In this document: one piece after another, positions 26,900 to 41,230 of the stretch
Position numbering within the stretch: position 1 is the stretch's first letter
Layout: each line of letters begins with the position of its first letter
Source of the DNA: Chrysomallon squamiferum
Lineage: Eukaryota > Animalia > Mollusca
Assembly: GCA_012295275.1 (NCBI GenBank)
Contig: CM022677.1
Span: 11,780,001-11,844,000 of the forward strand
Direction: 5' to 3'
Length of the DNA stretch: 64,000 nucleotides
Notes under the pieces: model-generated
The model's database searches: none
What the model saw: the letters and a program-made list of their open reading frames with translations, nothing else
What the model was told of the DNA's origin: nothing
Translations under genes and position numbers: made by a program

Positions 26900-27242
26900 C
26901 ACCCGCTTTTGAAACACGTGTTTATAGATCTTAAGTTACGTATCCAGTTTAGTGTGTAGTCCCGTCATCTTCAATTTCACCACTGTTACATAACATACAT
27001 ATTCATTCTGTTCTCTCACTATACCTATATCTCCCAGTCTCATTTGTCAGCTGATGTGTAGATAGCCCCACTTTTGTTAAGTATCTTTTATAAATCATTG
27101 GTACAGATTTAACTAAATGAAACTGAAATGTTACACCATCTGTGATGTATTTATAGAAATTATGACATTTCACAGATGTATTTAACTGAATTGAAACATT
27201 CTGCGTTGCTTCGTCATATATTATTTGCTTAATTATGCACAA
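26900..27242 (-). mobile_element. LINE ORF2 C-terminal remnant
   Basis: YKRYLTKVGLSTHQLTNETGRYRYSERTE*ICMLCNSGEIED matches the LTKFRLSSHxLxIETGRY..ERxCxLC..IEDE motif. Confidence 0.75.
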
Positions 27243-27627
27243 ACATTTTTTTTATATTTTCATTAATGTATCGATATATATCCCAATCCCAATTCATATA
27301 AAGTTTTCCTAATAAAAGTCATCCAATTATTTTTCCAAAATATTTTTGAGTCTCAAACTTCTTAGTTCTGTTTGTAATTTTTAATAGAGGTATTTCTTTT
27401 TCGCGCGAAGAGCAACGTTTTCTTCACAAATTGAAAGGCGTGAGAATAGCTTTGTAGGGGACATTAAACTTTGACAAGTAACATGTATACATATCTATTT
27501 TCATGTTACAAATTAGATAAACAGAGAGATAGACAGGCATTCCTCTTCACACACACATACATAGACCCACACATACGCCCTGATTTTGACATACGAGCGT
27601 TTAAAACTGAAAAGTTATAAATATATT

Positions 27628-28555
<928 letters not shown>

Positions 28556-28859
28556 GTCGTTTTTGTTACTGGTGTTGTTGCTATTGTTGTTCTTTTTATT
28601 AGTTAATTATATATAAATGGAGTCTGTCAAAACTGAAAGGACCTCTGTTGAATTATCCTTTTTGATACTTGTTGTTTATACTACTACTACTACTACCACG
28701 ACGACAACAAAAACAACAATAACAACTAGAACCCAAAAACTAAAGTAAAAAAAAAAACTCAAGTAATCGATGAATGAATAAACTAAGTAGTTCAACATTT
28801 CATTTCATTTTTTTTATTCTTCTTTTCTCTTTTGTACTTGTTGCAGTTTTTGTATTGCA

Positions 28860-29035
28860 TATCAACAAGCTATAAAGATAACGATCATAAAGAATTGAAA
28901 TGAACCACTAATTCCTACAACGAACTCTTCCTGACTGATGAACCCATTTCACTCAGTACCTGAATCCAAAATAACTGCCAAACAATCAGAATCACAGGGT
29001 GTATACTCTGACTTAGACAGTGGCTTTGCAATGAC
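28860..29035 (-). pseudogene. Decayed EF-hand-like exon
   Basis: Acceptor ctacAG at 29037-29036, then VIAKPLSKSEYTPCDSDCLAVILDSGTE*NGFISQEEFVVGI, which resembles a DxDGNGFISxEEF loop with the Gly codon changed to TGA. Confidence 0.4.
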
Positions 29036-29515
29036 CTGTAGGATTACATTACAAAGAAGAATGTATCACAGATAAATAAAAACAGTTCCTAAGTCACAGG
29101 TCGGAGTTTTTTTCTAAGAGACAAGGATTATCAGATTGCGTTTAAGGTGTGGCCAAATAATAAGTTTGAAATATGAACTGTAGAGCGCATGATGAGTAGC
29201 ATTACTGGCAAAACGCCATTCACAGATATATATCGATAAGCTGTACGTTTACCATAATAAAGAACAGAACTGACCTGAAGGACTGATCCCTACAGTGAAC
29301 ACGAAACATTAAACCCTTTCAAGTATACAGCATTGTGACTGGAATGATTCTCACTCAAAAGTAATTGGCAAAGCGCCGATGTAATCAGATTCAAGATGCA
29401 TCGTGTTTGATCATTTTATTAGTCGAAAACCATCTTAAAAGAAACAGCAAACAAACATTTCCCAGTTCGCTGTTTGTATTTGAGCGATATACAAGTTTTC
29501 TTAGATAAAAAAGAA

Positions 29516-29927
29516 ATGGATCGTAACAACGAAAGTTTGTTACAAAACAAAGAAGTGAAACAGAGAAAAAGGTGTAATCCAAGCAGAAGTGACGAGCCAC
29601 TCATCAAACCAAATGGAGAAGAAAATTTAGACAAAGATAAAGACGCAGAAAAAGAGAAAAACAAATTCTGGACAGAGATCATTGTCCTTTTTCTTTTCTG
29701 GATGATCGTTATATCTCTAACTTTCACTACACCACGGGTGCAGCCACAACGTCAAACCGTTGTGCAATGGGACGACGACGTCTGCTTTCCGTGCAAATAT
29801 GTTTATCTCACCGACGATGACAAAACTGACAACATCTACGACTTCGACGTTCGAGAAGATGGAAATATGTGCTGTGCTGGTCGTGAGCGAAACCTGATCG
29901 ACATCGTAACAAAGGTTATTATTATTA

Positions 29928-29962
<35 letters not shown>

Positions 29963-31229
29963 TATTATTATTATTATTATTATTAGGATTGTTATACTTG
30001 TTGTTGCTGTAGTTCATGATGTGTGTATGTATATATGTATGTTCTTACATATCAAATAAAATATGTTGATTCTTTTGTACATTTCTATTTATTCGCAGTT
30101 TGTAGAAACAAAGTACCAGCAAGAGAGAGCCAAAAGTGAGTAGTAAATCATTCTTAATATACAATAATATTCTTAATACATCTAAAACTAAAAAGTGACA
30201 TTTATGACCCGTACACATACACATACACACATATACACACATACATACACACATACACACACACATTCACACACACTCAAATTCGGAGAAAATTTGAAAA
30301 ATCAAAAACTCTTATTTCTTTTTCTCTATCTGCCCCTGTCTGTTCCTCTGTCTGACTGTGTCACTCCTTCATACGCGAATACACACAAACACAAACACAC
30401 ACACACACACACACACAAACACAAACACACACACACACGCACAACAACATATATATATATACATAGAGATATAACAATCAAAGAAACACAAGAAAACACA
30501 GAGGTATATGTTAAACTGTATATTCAGGCTTCGACAGTAAGGCACTTCTGAACGACATTGTATAGTAAACGACTGGTTAGGTCTGATCACAACTGTTTCT
30601 AACTAGCCCGACTAGTCGTGTTAATAACGTATGAACTGTGAATTACTTTGCCATCCAGTGATCGTATAAACATTAATATTTTGTTTCATCAGAGGATAGA
30701 CGAATTATTTAACAATCGACGTGGAAATCCCCGGTTCTATAATTAGACGTTATGCGCAGTGGGCAGTGAATAACTAAACAATACCGACTTCGTCCTAACC
30801 GCTGAGTAATACTGAAATGTTTGTAGAGGCGGGATTCGTTACAACTCGGGTAAGTTCCGCACCTCGTTATACATTCGGAACATTTCGTACATTTCTTTGA
30901 AAGCGGAATGTGACGAGGTGTTCCGACTGACCGGAATCGACCGAAATATTTTCAATATAGACTGAGCGTGTGCTAAATGTAGCATAATTAAAAACATTAA
31001 CGTCGAAATATATATATATATGTCATTCTTTTTTTTAAATTCTGAATCACGTTTTGATGGGGAGAATGACCGCTCAGCATATCTACGCGAAATTGACTGG
31101 GTGAGGTCAGGTGAGGACAAAGTTCGTTAAAGGTTAAACAGTTTTGAATTGTTAAAGTATCAAAAATCATTTTTAAATAACAGATGTGTTCATTATGTTA
31201 CCATATTAACTATTTATTGTCAAATAATA

Positions 31230-31323
<94 letters not shown>

Positions 31324-31417
31324 TTATCAGTCTTTTTTATTAGAGTTTCTACCTTTAATGTGGATGTGTACCTGTGAGAGATAGAGAGAAAGACAGAGTT
31401 TGCTAAACAATTATTAA

Positions 31418-31475
<58 letters not shown>

Positions 31476-31868
31476 GAAGAAGGACAGAATATTCTCCATT
31501 GGAAACAAGCCTCTGCGTTCATTGGGAAGAAGATGATGTACAAAGATGGCCGCATTCAAGTAAAAACGCCTGGCACGTGTTTTATTTACGCTCATCTTGT
31601 TTTCGTGAACGACCAAACACAAGACGACGCCACTTCTGCTCATTCCATCTGGCTTAGAAATGGCGGGAAACACGAAGAGAAATTATTCGAATTTTTCAAC
31701 TCTCAGTTTGCTTTGCCATCACCAGGGATACAAGGCTTTACTCCCACTTACCAAGGCGCGTTGTTTGAACTCAAAGCAGACGACAGTATTGAACTGCGCG
31801 TGCAGAACATTAGAAATCTTGAAAAGGACAATATCAAACACAACTTCGGAATTGATTGCTTTCAGTAA
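29516..31868 (+). CDS. TNF-superfamily ligand, type II membrane protein; exons 29516-29914, 30099-30135, 31039-31110 (non-canonical AA acceptor), 31480-31868
   Basis: Cytoplasmic N-terminus, TM helix FWTEIIVLFLFWMIVISLTF, and Cys-containing stalk (CFPC..CC). TNF homology domain RSAYL..LHW..MMYKDGRIQVKTPGTCFIYAHLVF..YQGALFELKADDSIELRV..NFG. Exon phases 0/1/1 join in frame. Confidence 0.88.
30723..30732 (-). promoter_or_regulatory. NF-kB (kB) consensus site GGGGATTTCC in TNF intron 2
   Basis: GGAAATCCCC on the + strand is an exact GGGRNWYYCC match. Function untested. Confidence 0.45.
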
Positions 31869-32081
31869 TTTTCTATAACTAACAAGTAGAGATGTTGTGA
31901 TTTAGTAAAAGAAAATGATTAAACACGAAACACAAACTTACAAAGCATAGACATAACTTTCACTTACAGAACATTGATCTCTTGTATATTTTTTTCTATA
32001 ATAATAATAATAATAATAATAATAGTAGTAGTAGTAGTAGTAGTAATAGTAGTAATAACAATGTAATTAGTTCTATTTTTA

Positions 32082-32087
32082 AATAAA
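32082..32087 (+). terminator. Candidate polyadenylation signal of the TNF gene
   Basis: AATAAA about 215 nt after the stop codon. The AT-rich context makes this weak. Confidence 0.3.
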
Positions 32088-33025
32088 TGATACAAATGAT
32101 TACAGATAGATTATTAGTGTGCCAGTTGTCTAAGTGCCAGAAATAGATACACATCAAATTATACTTGTTAAACTTGTGTTATCTGGAGGTTCATGTTCTT
32201 CTTCAAAATACAACAGAACGCAAGCTGAAGTTGTTTTTGTTAAAGATTACTTTTAACACATTGGGTTTGGATGGAACTGATATGTTAATGTTAACATTGC
32301 TATTTAAGAAATTAACTAATAATATTAAAACCCTTTAATTTGAAACCTCGTTTTGTTTCTTTATTCCTTAGACACGTGAGTTTATGTAGTAACAAGTGGA
32401 TTACTTTCGTCTATATATATATATTTGTTTGTATGTATGTATGTGTGTGTATGTATTTGTGTATGCATGCATGTATATATGGGTGCGTGTGTGTGTGATG
32501 TACGTATGTATGTATTTATGTATATATTGAAGTAGTATAACCATTATTTTGGAGAATAGTTGTTAATCTGAGATCAGACTGATCAAAGTAAACTGTAGAT
32601 ACAATATCGGGGTATCTGAGGTCAACACTATGAGTAATTGCAAGCAGAGATAACACAGTGGTGACGTTATCAACTGTTTGTGACGTGAACGTCCTGCTAA
32701 GCAGTATGTTATTTGATATACTTGTATATTCAAATACTTACTGACGTAGCTATTTTACCTTCAGTGATAAACATATTTAATGTCCCCCATATGTTCACTT
32801 ATGTAGTGAGGGGAAGTTTGTGGTTTAAAACTGTTTGTAAATAGCTAGTATTAGATCAGATGATAGTGGACCGGTAGCATTGTTGATGTTTATAGATTCT
32901 TAACTGCTTGCCATATGAAAACAGCATGTAAACTGTTGATAAAACATCACATATGTAACACACACACACACATACACACACAAACATATATACATATATA
33001 CATAATGTACCAAAAACAACATATG

Positions 33026-33139
<114 letters not shown>

Positions 33140-33402
33140 ATCAAACATTTGACAGCCACACTTGAACCACAGCAAATCTCATTAATCTATTTTTAGCTGG
33201 GTGGGTAAACTCCGACTAATTTCTTATTATTGTTTTCGAAGAAATGCAGATTATTTATTTATTTATTTATTTATTTTGTTTATTAATGTATTATGATTTT
33301 TTAATTATCTGTTTTCATTTGATATCATTCCCACGTTGAAGTTTCCCGGTGTCCTACTAAATCGACAATGATCCGCCATTTTATTCTATTATTAGTAGCA
33401 CA

Positions 33403-33412
33403 GGAAATCCCC
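33403..33412 (-). promoter_or_regulatory. Second identical kB site, downstream of the TNF gene
   Basis: GGAAATCCCC, about 30 bp after a YY1-like CCGCCATTTT at 33374. Confidence 0.4.
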
Positions 33413-33464
33413 AGCAGAAGAACAACAAAAAAAGTAATAATAATTGTTTGCTTTATACGACTTT

Positions 33465-33632
33465 CTCGTAGTCAGAAAACAGTCGCAAGGAAAAAGCAGA
33501 GGAATAATCACAGTTCGCAGATTCAATGAACTGAAAAAGCTGTGTAAATCGCCATATTACTCTATTATTAGAGTCGTCAGAAAACATCAAAGGAACAATC
33601 ACAGTTCGCAGTTTCAATGAATTGGCGCAAAA
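33465..33632. repeat. Two-copy tandem repeat of about 95 bp
   Basis: GTCAGAAAACA..AAGGAA..AATCACAGTTCGCAG(A/T)TTCAATGAA(C/T)TG occurs twice. Confidence 0.8.
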
Positions 33633-33827
33633 AAATGGGTCAAGACTTACTGCCAAACGTAAACAAGCAAATAGGATTACTAATACGCAAAAATAAATAA
33701 ATAAATAAACAAACAAACAAATACATAAATAAAATTAATCACACACCGTCACTTTGCAGTTGTTAGCTAAAAATAGAAATGAACTCATTTATATTATCTT
33801 TGCCTTTTGTTCTATATGTACGAAGTT

Positions 33828-33868
<41 letters not shown>

Positions 33869-33904
33869 GTCACTGTTCTTACTTTTCTGTGGCTTCGTAA
33901 CTGG

Positions 33905-34720
33905 GAGCCAAACACAAGACGACGCCACTTCTGTTCATTCCATCTGGCTTAGAAAAGGCGGGAAACACGAAGAGAAATTACTCCTAAGTATGATATGAGT
34001 TGACCAAGTGCCAGAAATAGATACACTTCAGATCAGACCTGTTAATCTGGTGTTAGCTGGAGCTTCATGTTTTTTTACAAAATACAACAGAACCTTTGGG
34101 TTAAAATAATCTTTTAACAGTTTCGGATTGAATGGAACTGAAATCATAACAGTTGATATTAATATCTAAATGCATGTAATTGACTTATTCTCAGATTTCA
34201 TTGTAATGAACTGTATATTAATACATGTATTATGTTTTTGATTAGATGTTTGTTGAATATTTTTGTTTTATCTAACCATCAGTTGTTTTATATTGGTTTG
34301 ATTTGCTTAGTTTTTGCAAATATAGAATTTTTATTATGATTTGTTTTGTGAATCTGATCAGGTTGCCAGAGTTACCATGTTGTAAATGTTAACATTGCTC
34401 TATCAGGAATTAACTGATATTAAAGTCCATTAAGCTGAAACCCCATTTTTTTTCTTTATTCCTTAGACACGTGATTTTATGTAGTGAGTAACGTGGTTTA
34501 CGTAGGTCTGTATAAATATAGATTTGTATGTATGTGTGTATTTGTGTATGCATGTATTTATGTATGTAAGTATGTATGTATGTATGTATGTATGTATGTA
34601 TTGAAGTAGTATAACCATTATTTTGGAGAATAGTTGTAAATCTGAAATCAGACTGATCAAAGTAAACTGTGGCTATTATCTCTAAGTGGGTGAGAATATC
34701 TGGAAATCCGAGGTCAACAT
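33905..34720 (+). pseudogene. Truncated duplicate of the TNF last exon plus 3' flank
   Basis: 33905-33983 encodes QTQDDATSVHSIWLRKGGKHEEKL, a near copy of 31613-31690. 34005-34720 parallels 32130-32630 with an insertion. Confidence 0.9.
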
Positions 34721-34752
34721 CTGAAAATTAATTATTCTCAATGTTGTTGTTG

Positions 34753-34834
<82 letters not shown>

Positions 34835-34924
34835 GGAGATCGTTATGTTGACAACGCAGATTAAGTACAGTGTTAGTCTACATCATTTTATTTGTTTTCG
34901 TTCTTCTTTGTTAATGAAAATCTC

Positions 34925-34956
<32 letters not shown>

Positions 34957-35430
34957 GCTATAAATATATTTGAATGACAACATTTGTATTACACGACGTA
35001 TTTATTTATAGTTCATCTCCACTGAATAAAAACATTTACGATTTCCTTGCTTCGTAAACTTACATACTTCAACAAATTACAGACTAAATCAGATTCAATA
35101 TTCAGATATTATCGACGATGTATAACATATCAGCTACAGATATATTTCAACAAATGATATTTCTATCAAGCGTGGAAAACTACAACACAGTGAGTGTGGC
35201 TGCTCGTTTGTCCATTACTAACATCGTTTTCTCGTTCGGAACTGGTCGGTTAATTCCGTCTATCGTGGAGTTTACATAGAAAACTACTGCTACAACTATT
35301 GCTGTTGCTGCTGATACTATACTACAAACAATAATAATAATAGCATGGCACTACCATTAAATATATATATATGTGTGTGTGTGTGTATGTTTCTGTTTGC
35401 ACTGATGACCCTCGACTGAACGGGCTAATA

Positions 35431-35557
<127 letters not shown>

Positions 35558-35831
35558 CCATTCTTTGAAACGAGCCAGCAGGACACGCAACGAAATAAAC
35601 AAACAAAAAACACAACAATTCTAGAATTGCATGATCAAAACAAAAGTGTCAAAACATTTAGACTGACTTATCTTGGCTTCGTAATTTTTTATTTTCCCCC
35701 TTTGTTACATAATTTTCGACAGAGAGATAGAGAGAGAGAATGGGATATAAAGAGAAAGAGAGAGAGAAATGAGAGAGATACAGAGAGAGAGATTGAGAGA
35801 GAGAGAAAAAAAATAGAGACAGAGAGAGATG

Positions 35832-35924
<93 letters not shown>

Positions 35925-35990
35925 GGATAGAAAGAGAGAGATGATAGTGAGATAGAGAGTGAGAGAGAAATATATTTATATATATAGAGA

Positions 35991-36039
<49 letters not shown>

Positions 36040-36044
36040 GTATT

Positions 36045-36134
<90 letters not shown>

Positions 36135-36699
36135 TGAGAAGGCGACTAGTAAAGTTCGTGAGATTGCGCACATGAACAAACAACTAATAAAGACGAGATT
36201 AAACTCTGATGTATATTTACGTGTCTCCGTGATCGACAGACATAACGACTGAAACAAGATATCACAATTTAGCTGGGTGACGGCATGCTGCAACTAGTTG
36301 AGGTTTTGGTGTGTCGAGTTACAAATACTTAGTAGGCTTGTGCATGTATGTAGGTGTTTTTGAGAGTATGTGAGTAAAGCTACAATCTTCAATATAGCGT
36401 GCGCATCAGGAATGAAAAATAGCTCTATTGCTGTCAGGCAGAATATCAAACAACACAACCAGTTGAGGACAACACTACAACGATCTAAAAGCAATTCGTA
36501 AGAAAAAAAAAGAAAAAACAAAAGAAAGTTTTCATTTTTTTTTTTTTTTTCCTTTTAGTAGTTATTATTTCTATTTATTTTCTTTTATTAGTTATTATTT
36601 TATTTCTTTTCTATTATTAGTTAATATTTTTACTTTTTTTTTTTAAGCTGTTATTTTTATTTATTTTCTATTATTATTATTATTATAATTCACGTTTGT

Positions 36700-38023
36700 T
36701 ATACAAAACCAGCGACGTTTGTATTATAAACTGATACTGAGTGAAAATAACGTGATGTTTTATTGTATTTTCCTCTGTTTGCATCATAACAAATACTGAT
36801 AATTTCATGTACATTTTATTCTACTAGGAGAAATCTTATACAGTTAATATTATACTTTGTAAGTTACATCATAGAAAACATGCCTGTCCTCCTGAACTAG
36901 TGTTTTATGAGATATGAGGATATTTTCAGTTAGCTAGACGAAATATATCGTTTGTTTCATCCTACTAAAACATAACAATACTGTCTTTACTATCAAGTAC
37001 ATCTTAATGTTTCTTCTTCGGTTTTCAATAAAATCTCACCAGAAACTTTTAAAAATATCAGTCTGAACTGATTTATGTATTTATTTTTGTAACAAAAATA
37101 CTAATTAAAATGATAAATAAAATAATAATTAAGAAAGACTACTGAAACAAGGGAAAAAGAAAAAAGTCAGAAAGGAAATAAAATGATTATTTCAGGTATA
37201 TATTTTTTTATACTATGTCATGCTATGTTTGATTGAACCTCATTTTAATCATATAAAACTGAAATCTTTCTTGTTTATAGAATATAAACTCTGTCCAGCG
37301 TCACAAATTATATCTGCAAAACTTCACTGTACGTCAAAGTTTCGTTGTTTCAGTAATTCTTTCTTCTATTACTACTTCTGTCAGGAAGAGAAAAAAACAC
37401 GAAAACTCCCCACGAAAAAACAGTATTCGATCCTAAACATTACAGGTGTGATTTTACTGTGAAAACTCTGTTTACATTCAGAAATGTAGATTGGGGTTTT
37501 GAGTTAGCGTGTTTTTATAAAAACAGTAAAATTAAATGTGAAATCCAAAATGTCGAGAACGCTTCCATATTAATGTGAAATTTTATTAACATGTTTCACT
37601 GAAAAGCTAAGTAGGTGTAATTTTACACGGCGTTATGAAAATAAGAACCGCCATCACTATTTATGTTACATGTTTTATGTTTGTTAACAGAGGCGTAGCG
37701 GTAATAGTATGTATTGAAAACATGAATCTGGAAATCTAAATCGCTATATTCATTTATTAATAAAAATATGACTGATTAAAAAATAACGTGTTATTTTCTT
37801 TATCTATTCGGCGTTTCGCAATCTTAATCAATGAGATATTGACGATTTGTATTTTATATAGATTGATTATATGTATTAGTAGATATAACATATTAACCTC
37901 AACATTTCCTGCAAAACAGCTTTTCTTTTAAAATCTCTAAATAAGAGAATTAGAGAATAGCATCTCTGTAGTCCTAGATATTACTTGTAATTATCACATT
38001 AATAAGTAAGAGAAAACCACACT

Positions 38024-38120
<97 letters not shown>

Positions 38121-39750
38121 TTTTTTGAGAAATACAAAGGAGGTTTTCAAATAAAGGTTTCTAAATACAGTAACCAAAATTTTACCGGTTAATAATTTAA
38201 TTTATTTGTTTAGTTTGGATGAGCACAGTTTTTGTTTTTCTTTAAATATTTAAGACTGCTTGACAGAATTTACGTTTTTATTTAGTGCAGCTGTGGAGCT
38301 TAAACGAATAAATTGAGCGAAAATTACGTTCTTAGTAACAGCACCACTGTTAACATTGATATTTTATTAAGTTTACCTTTGTTTTGCATTATAACAAATA
38401 TATATATATATATATATATATAATTATCAGTATAATTTTGGATACAGCTAGAGGAATATTAAAGATTTTTACAGAATAATTTTGATACTTTTAATAACAG
38501 AAAATATATTCGTACAATTTCAGATTAACTGAAAACAGCGCTCATCATAAATCTACCTGAACAAAATGAATTGATTCTTATAAAGTAAAATCTCAGTTTT
38601 CAGCACCACACAGAACTTTTTAGTGAAATCTGTTCTGTTGTTAATCAAATACCACATTAATCTGGATCTGACCTTTTCATTTTATAACAGCATTGAGCAA
38701 TCATAAAACCAGCGACGTTTATATTATAAACTGATACTGAGTGAAAATAACGTGATAGTTAATATTATAATTTTAAGTTACATCATAGAATACATGCCTG
38801 GCCTCCTGAACTAGTGTTATATGAGGATGTTTTTAGTTAGCTAGACGAAATTGATTCATCCTATGTCTTTACTGTCAAGTAAATCTTACTCTTTCTTAAT
38901 GATTATTTCAGACAGATTATTTATACTATAACATTCTATTTTTGGTTGAACCACAGTTTATTCATATAAAAGTGAAATCATATTTGTTTATAGAATGTAA
39001 ACTCTGTCCAGCGTCACAAATTATATCTTAAAAACTGCACTGTACGTCAAAGTTTCGTGTTTTAGTAAATACTCAAATACGATTTGTATCATGACTTGAC
39101 TTTTGGAAGAACAAAACTGGACAGCAGAATTTTTACTGAAACACGTGTTATCCAGACAGTCAGCTATACGTCTGCACAGTCCGACTTGTCTTCACAAGTT
39201 TCACCCAAACGCTTCTTCACAAAACACAGACCACATTTATTAAAATATAGTTGTTAAATATTAATTACCAGAAAACTAATAAGAAACGCAAGCTGTGGTA
39301 TAATTAATGAAAATCACCTTCATCTTTCTCCAGCTTAGAAAAAGTATATTTCTAAAATACATACAACGCTTTGTTTGGAATTATAAAAATGGTACTTTAT
39401 TCTATTACTACTACTGTCAGGAAGAGAGAAAAACCCTACGAAAAAACAATATTCGATCCTTTTTTTACTGCATGATTTTACTACGAAGACTCTGTGTACA
39501 TTCAGAAAATGGGGTTTCGGCTTAGCGTGTTTTTATAAACAACAGTAGAATTATATGTGAATATCGAGAACGCGTCCATACTAATGTGATATTTTATTAA
39601 CAGAACTTGTTTCACAGAACAGCTAAGTAGGAGTAATTTTACACGGCGTTATGAAAATAAAATGCAACTTCAGTACCGCCATCACTATTTATGTTACATG
39701 TTTTATGTTGTAAACAGAGGCGTAGCGGTAATATTATGTATTGAAAACAC
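36700..39750 (+). repeat. Internal direct duplication of about 1 kb (36700-37720 vs 38700-39750)
   Basis: Shared AAACCAGCGACGTTT.TATTATAAACTGATACTGAGTGAAAATAACGTGAT, AAACTCTGTCCAGCGTCACAAATTATATCT and ACAGAGGCGTAGCGGTAATA. Confidence 0.9.
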
Positions 39751-39815
39751 AGTGTATTGAAAAATAGAGGTATTGTTTTTTAATTAACAATATTAGATAA
39801 TTTTATGTTGCATAA

Positions 39816-39863
<48 letters not shown>

Positions 39864-41059
39864 AAGCTTAATTTTTCATTAACAGGTAAAACGTATCAAA
39901 CAAGTTGAATAATGAATCAACGTTTAATAATGCGAATTATTCTCTTTTTTTTCTTTTTTTATTAAGATAGTAGAATTGCAGTTGAGAGGTGAGAGGCTAG
40001 ATTAAGATGAATTAACTTCACCATGTTATTGATATTTACAAGTGCATCTTTCTTAAATATTAGAAAAGTCTAGAATACAGAGAAACATTAATAGACGTTT
40101 TTATTATTAAAAGTAAAGTGAAAAGGCGAGGATGGGCGAGATGAGTCTTGTTTATTATACAAGTTCTGTAAATATACTGCGCTGTTACAGATTAATTCTT
40201 AATTAACTGTAGAAAGTGATATTCTATTATCTCCCCTAAAAATTAAATTGATAATTAGACAATTAATATTCAACTAGATTTAATCTAGAGAGCTATATAT
40301 TAATGTAAAATATTACGGTTCTTTAGCTGAATTTAAATGTATTAGTATAAACAGGTCTGGTTGAAACAAATAAACTGTAAATATTGTCGTTCAGTTCCAT
40401 TATATGTGGTAAACAGCGTTCTTCATAATAACAAGAACATTTGTTTTGTTCATTACTGCAAATCAAAGGACATTTCTGTCGCCGTTTACAGGGACAGATA
40501 AATAAATAAATACATTTATTAACATTAATATTAATATCTAAGATCCTTCAGTATTTTCAGCATACAGAGAACCTCTCCCAGAGAGATAAAATATCATCGC
40601 TGCTTTATTATCAATGTTTTCTGCAGTGTTTATCATTTCTTTTACTGAAGTTTTAATGACAGCGACACCTGCACTTATCACTGTAATCTGAGAGGTAGAT
40701 AGGTAGGTGGATAGACAGATAGACAGACAGATAGATGGAGAGTGAGACAGACAGACATATATAGAGAGAAATCCATAGACAGATATACAGACACACAGAC
40801 AGATTGAAAAACCCCAAACTGAACTGAATAATTAAAATGACCAATAAAAGAAAAGTTGTGAAAAGCGAGGTTAATGTGATATTATATAGTAATGTATGTA
40901 CAAACATTTTCTTACAAGTTCATTTGCCTATGAAATGTAAAATGTCTATCTATCTCTATGTACATCAATGTATCTATCTCTATGTCCATCAATGTATCTC
41001 TCTCTGCATCCGCCGGTTCTGCTGTAGCATTCAAATTGAACTGCCGTTTTGACTTTGAT

Positions 41060-41230
41060 ATCTTCAGTTTGTTTTGTTGTTGTAATTTGTCTCCAAAACA
41101 TTTGCTTTCTTTGCCTTTTCTTCCTCCTTCTTCTTCTTCTCTGCCAACTCTTCTTCATACCTCTTGACACTTTCTTCTTCTGTCAGTGCCTCGGCATATC
41201 TCATCCTTTTGATTTTATTGCCCCAAGTGG
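41060..41230 (-). mobile_element. Possible pogo/DDE-1 transposase C-terminal fragment
   Basis: KIKRMRYAEALTEEESVKRYEEELAEKKKKEEEKAKK resembles the AxxLTxEE..EEKxxKK charged region of pogo-like transposases. Low complexity limits confidence. Confidence 0.3.

Noticed and set aside
29391-29727. Minus-strand ORFs opposite TNF exon 1 (and 31206-31673)
   Set aside because: Antisense shadows of the TNF coding sequence and microsatellites.
30693-30850. Extra TNF exon in intron 2
   Set aside because: Both candidate acceptors give immediate in-frame stops after exon 2.
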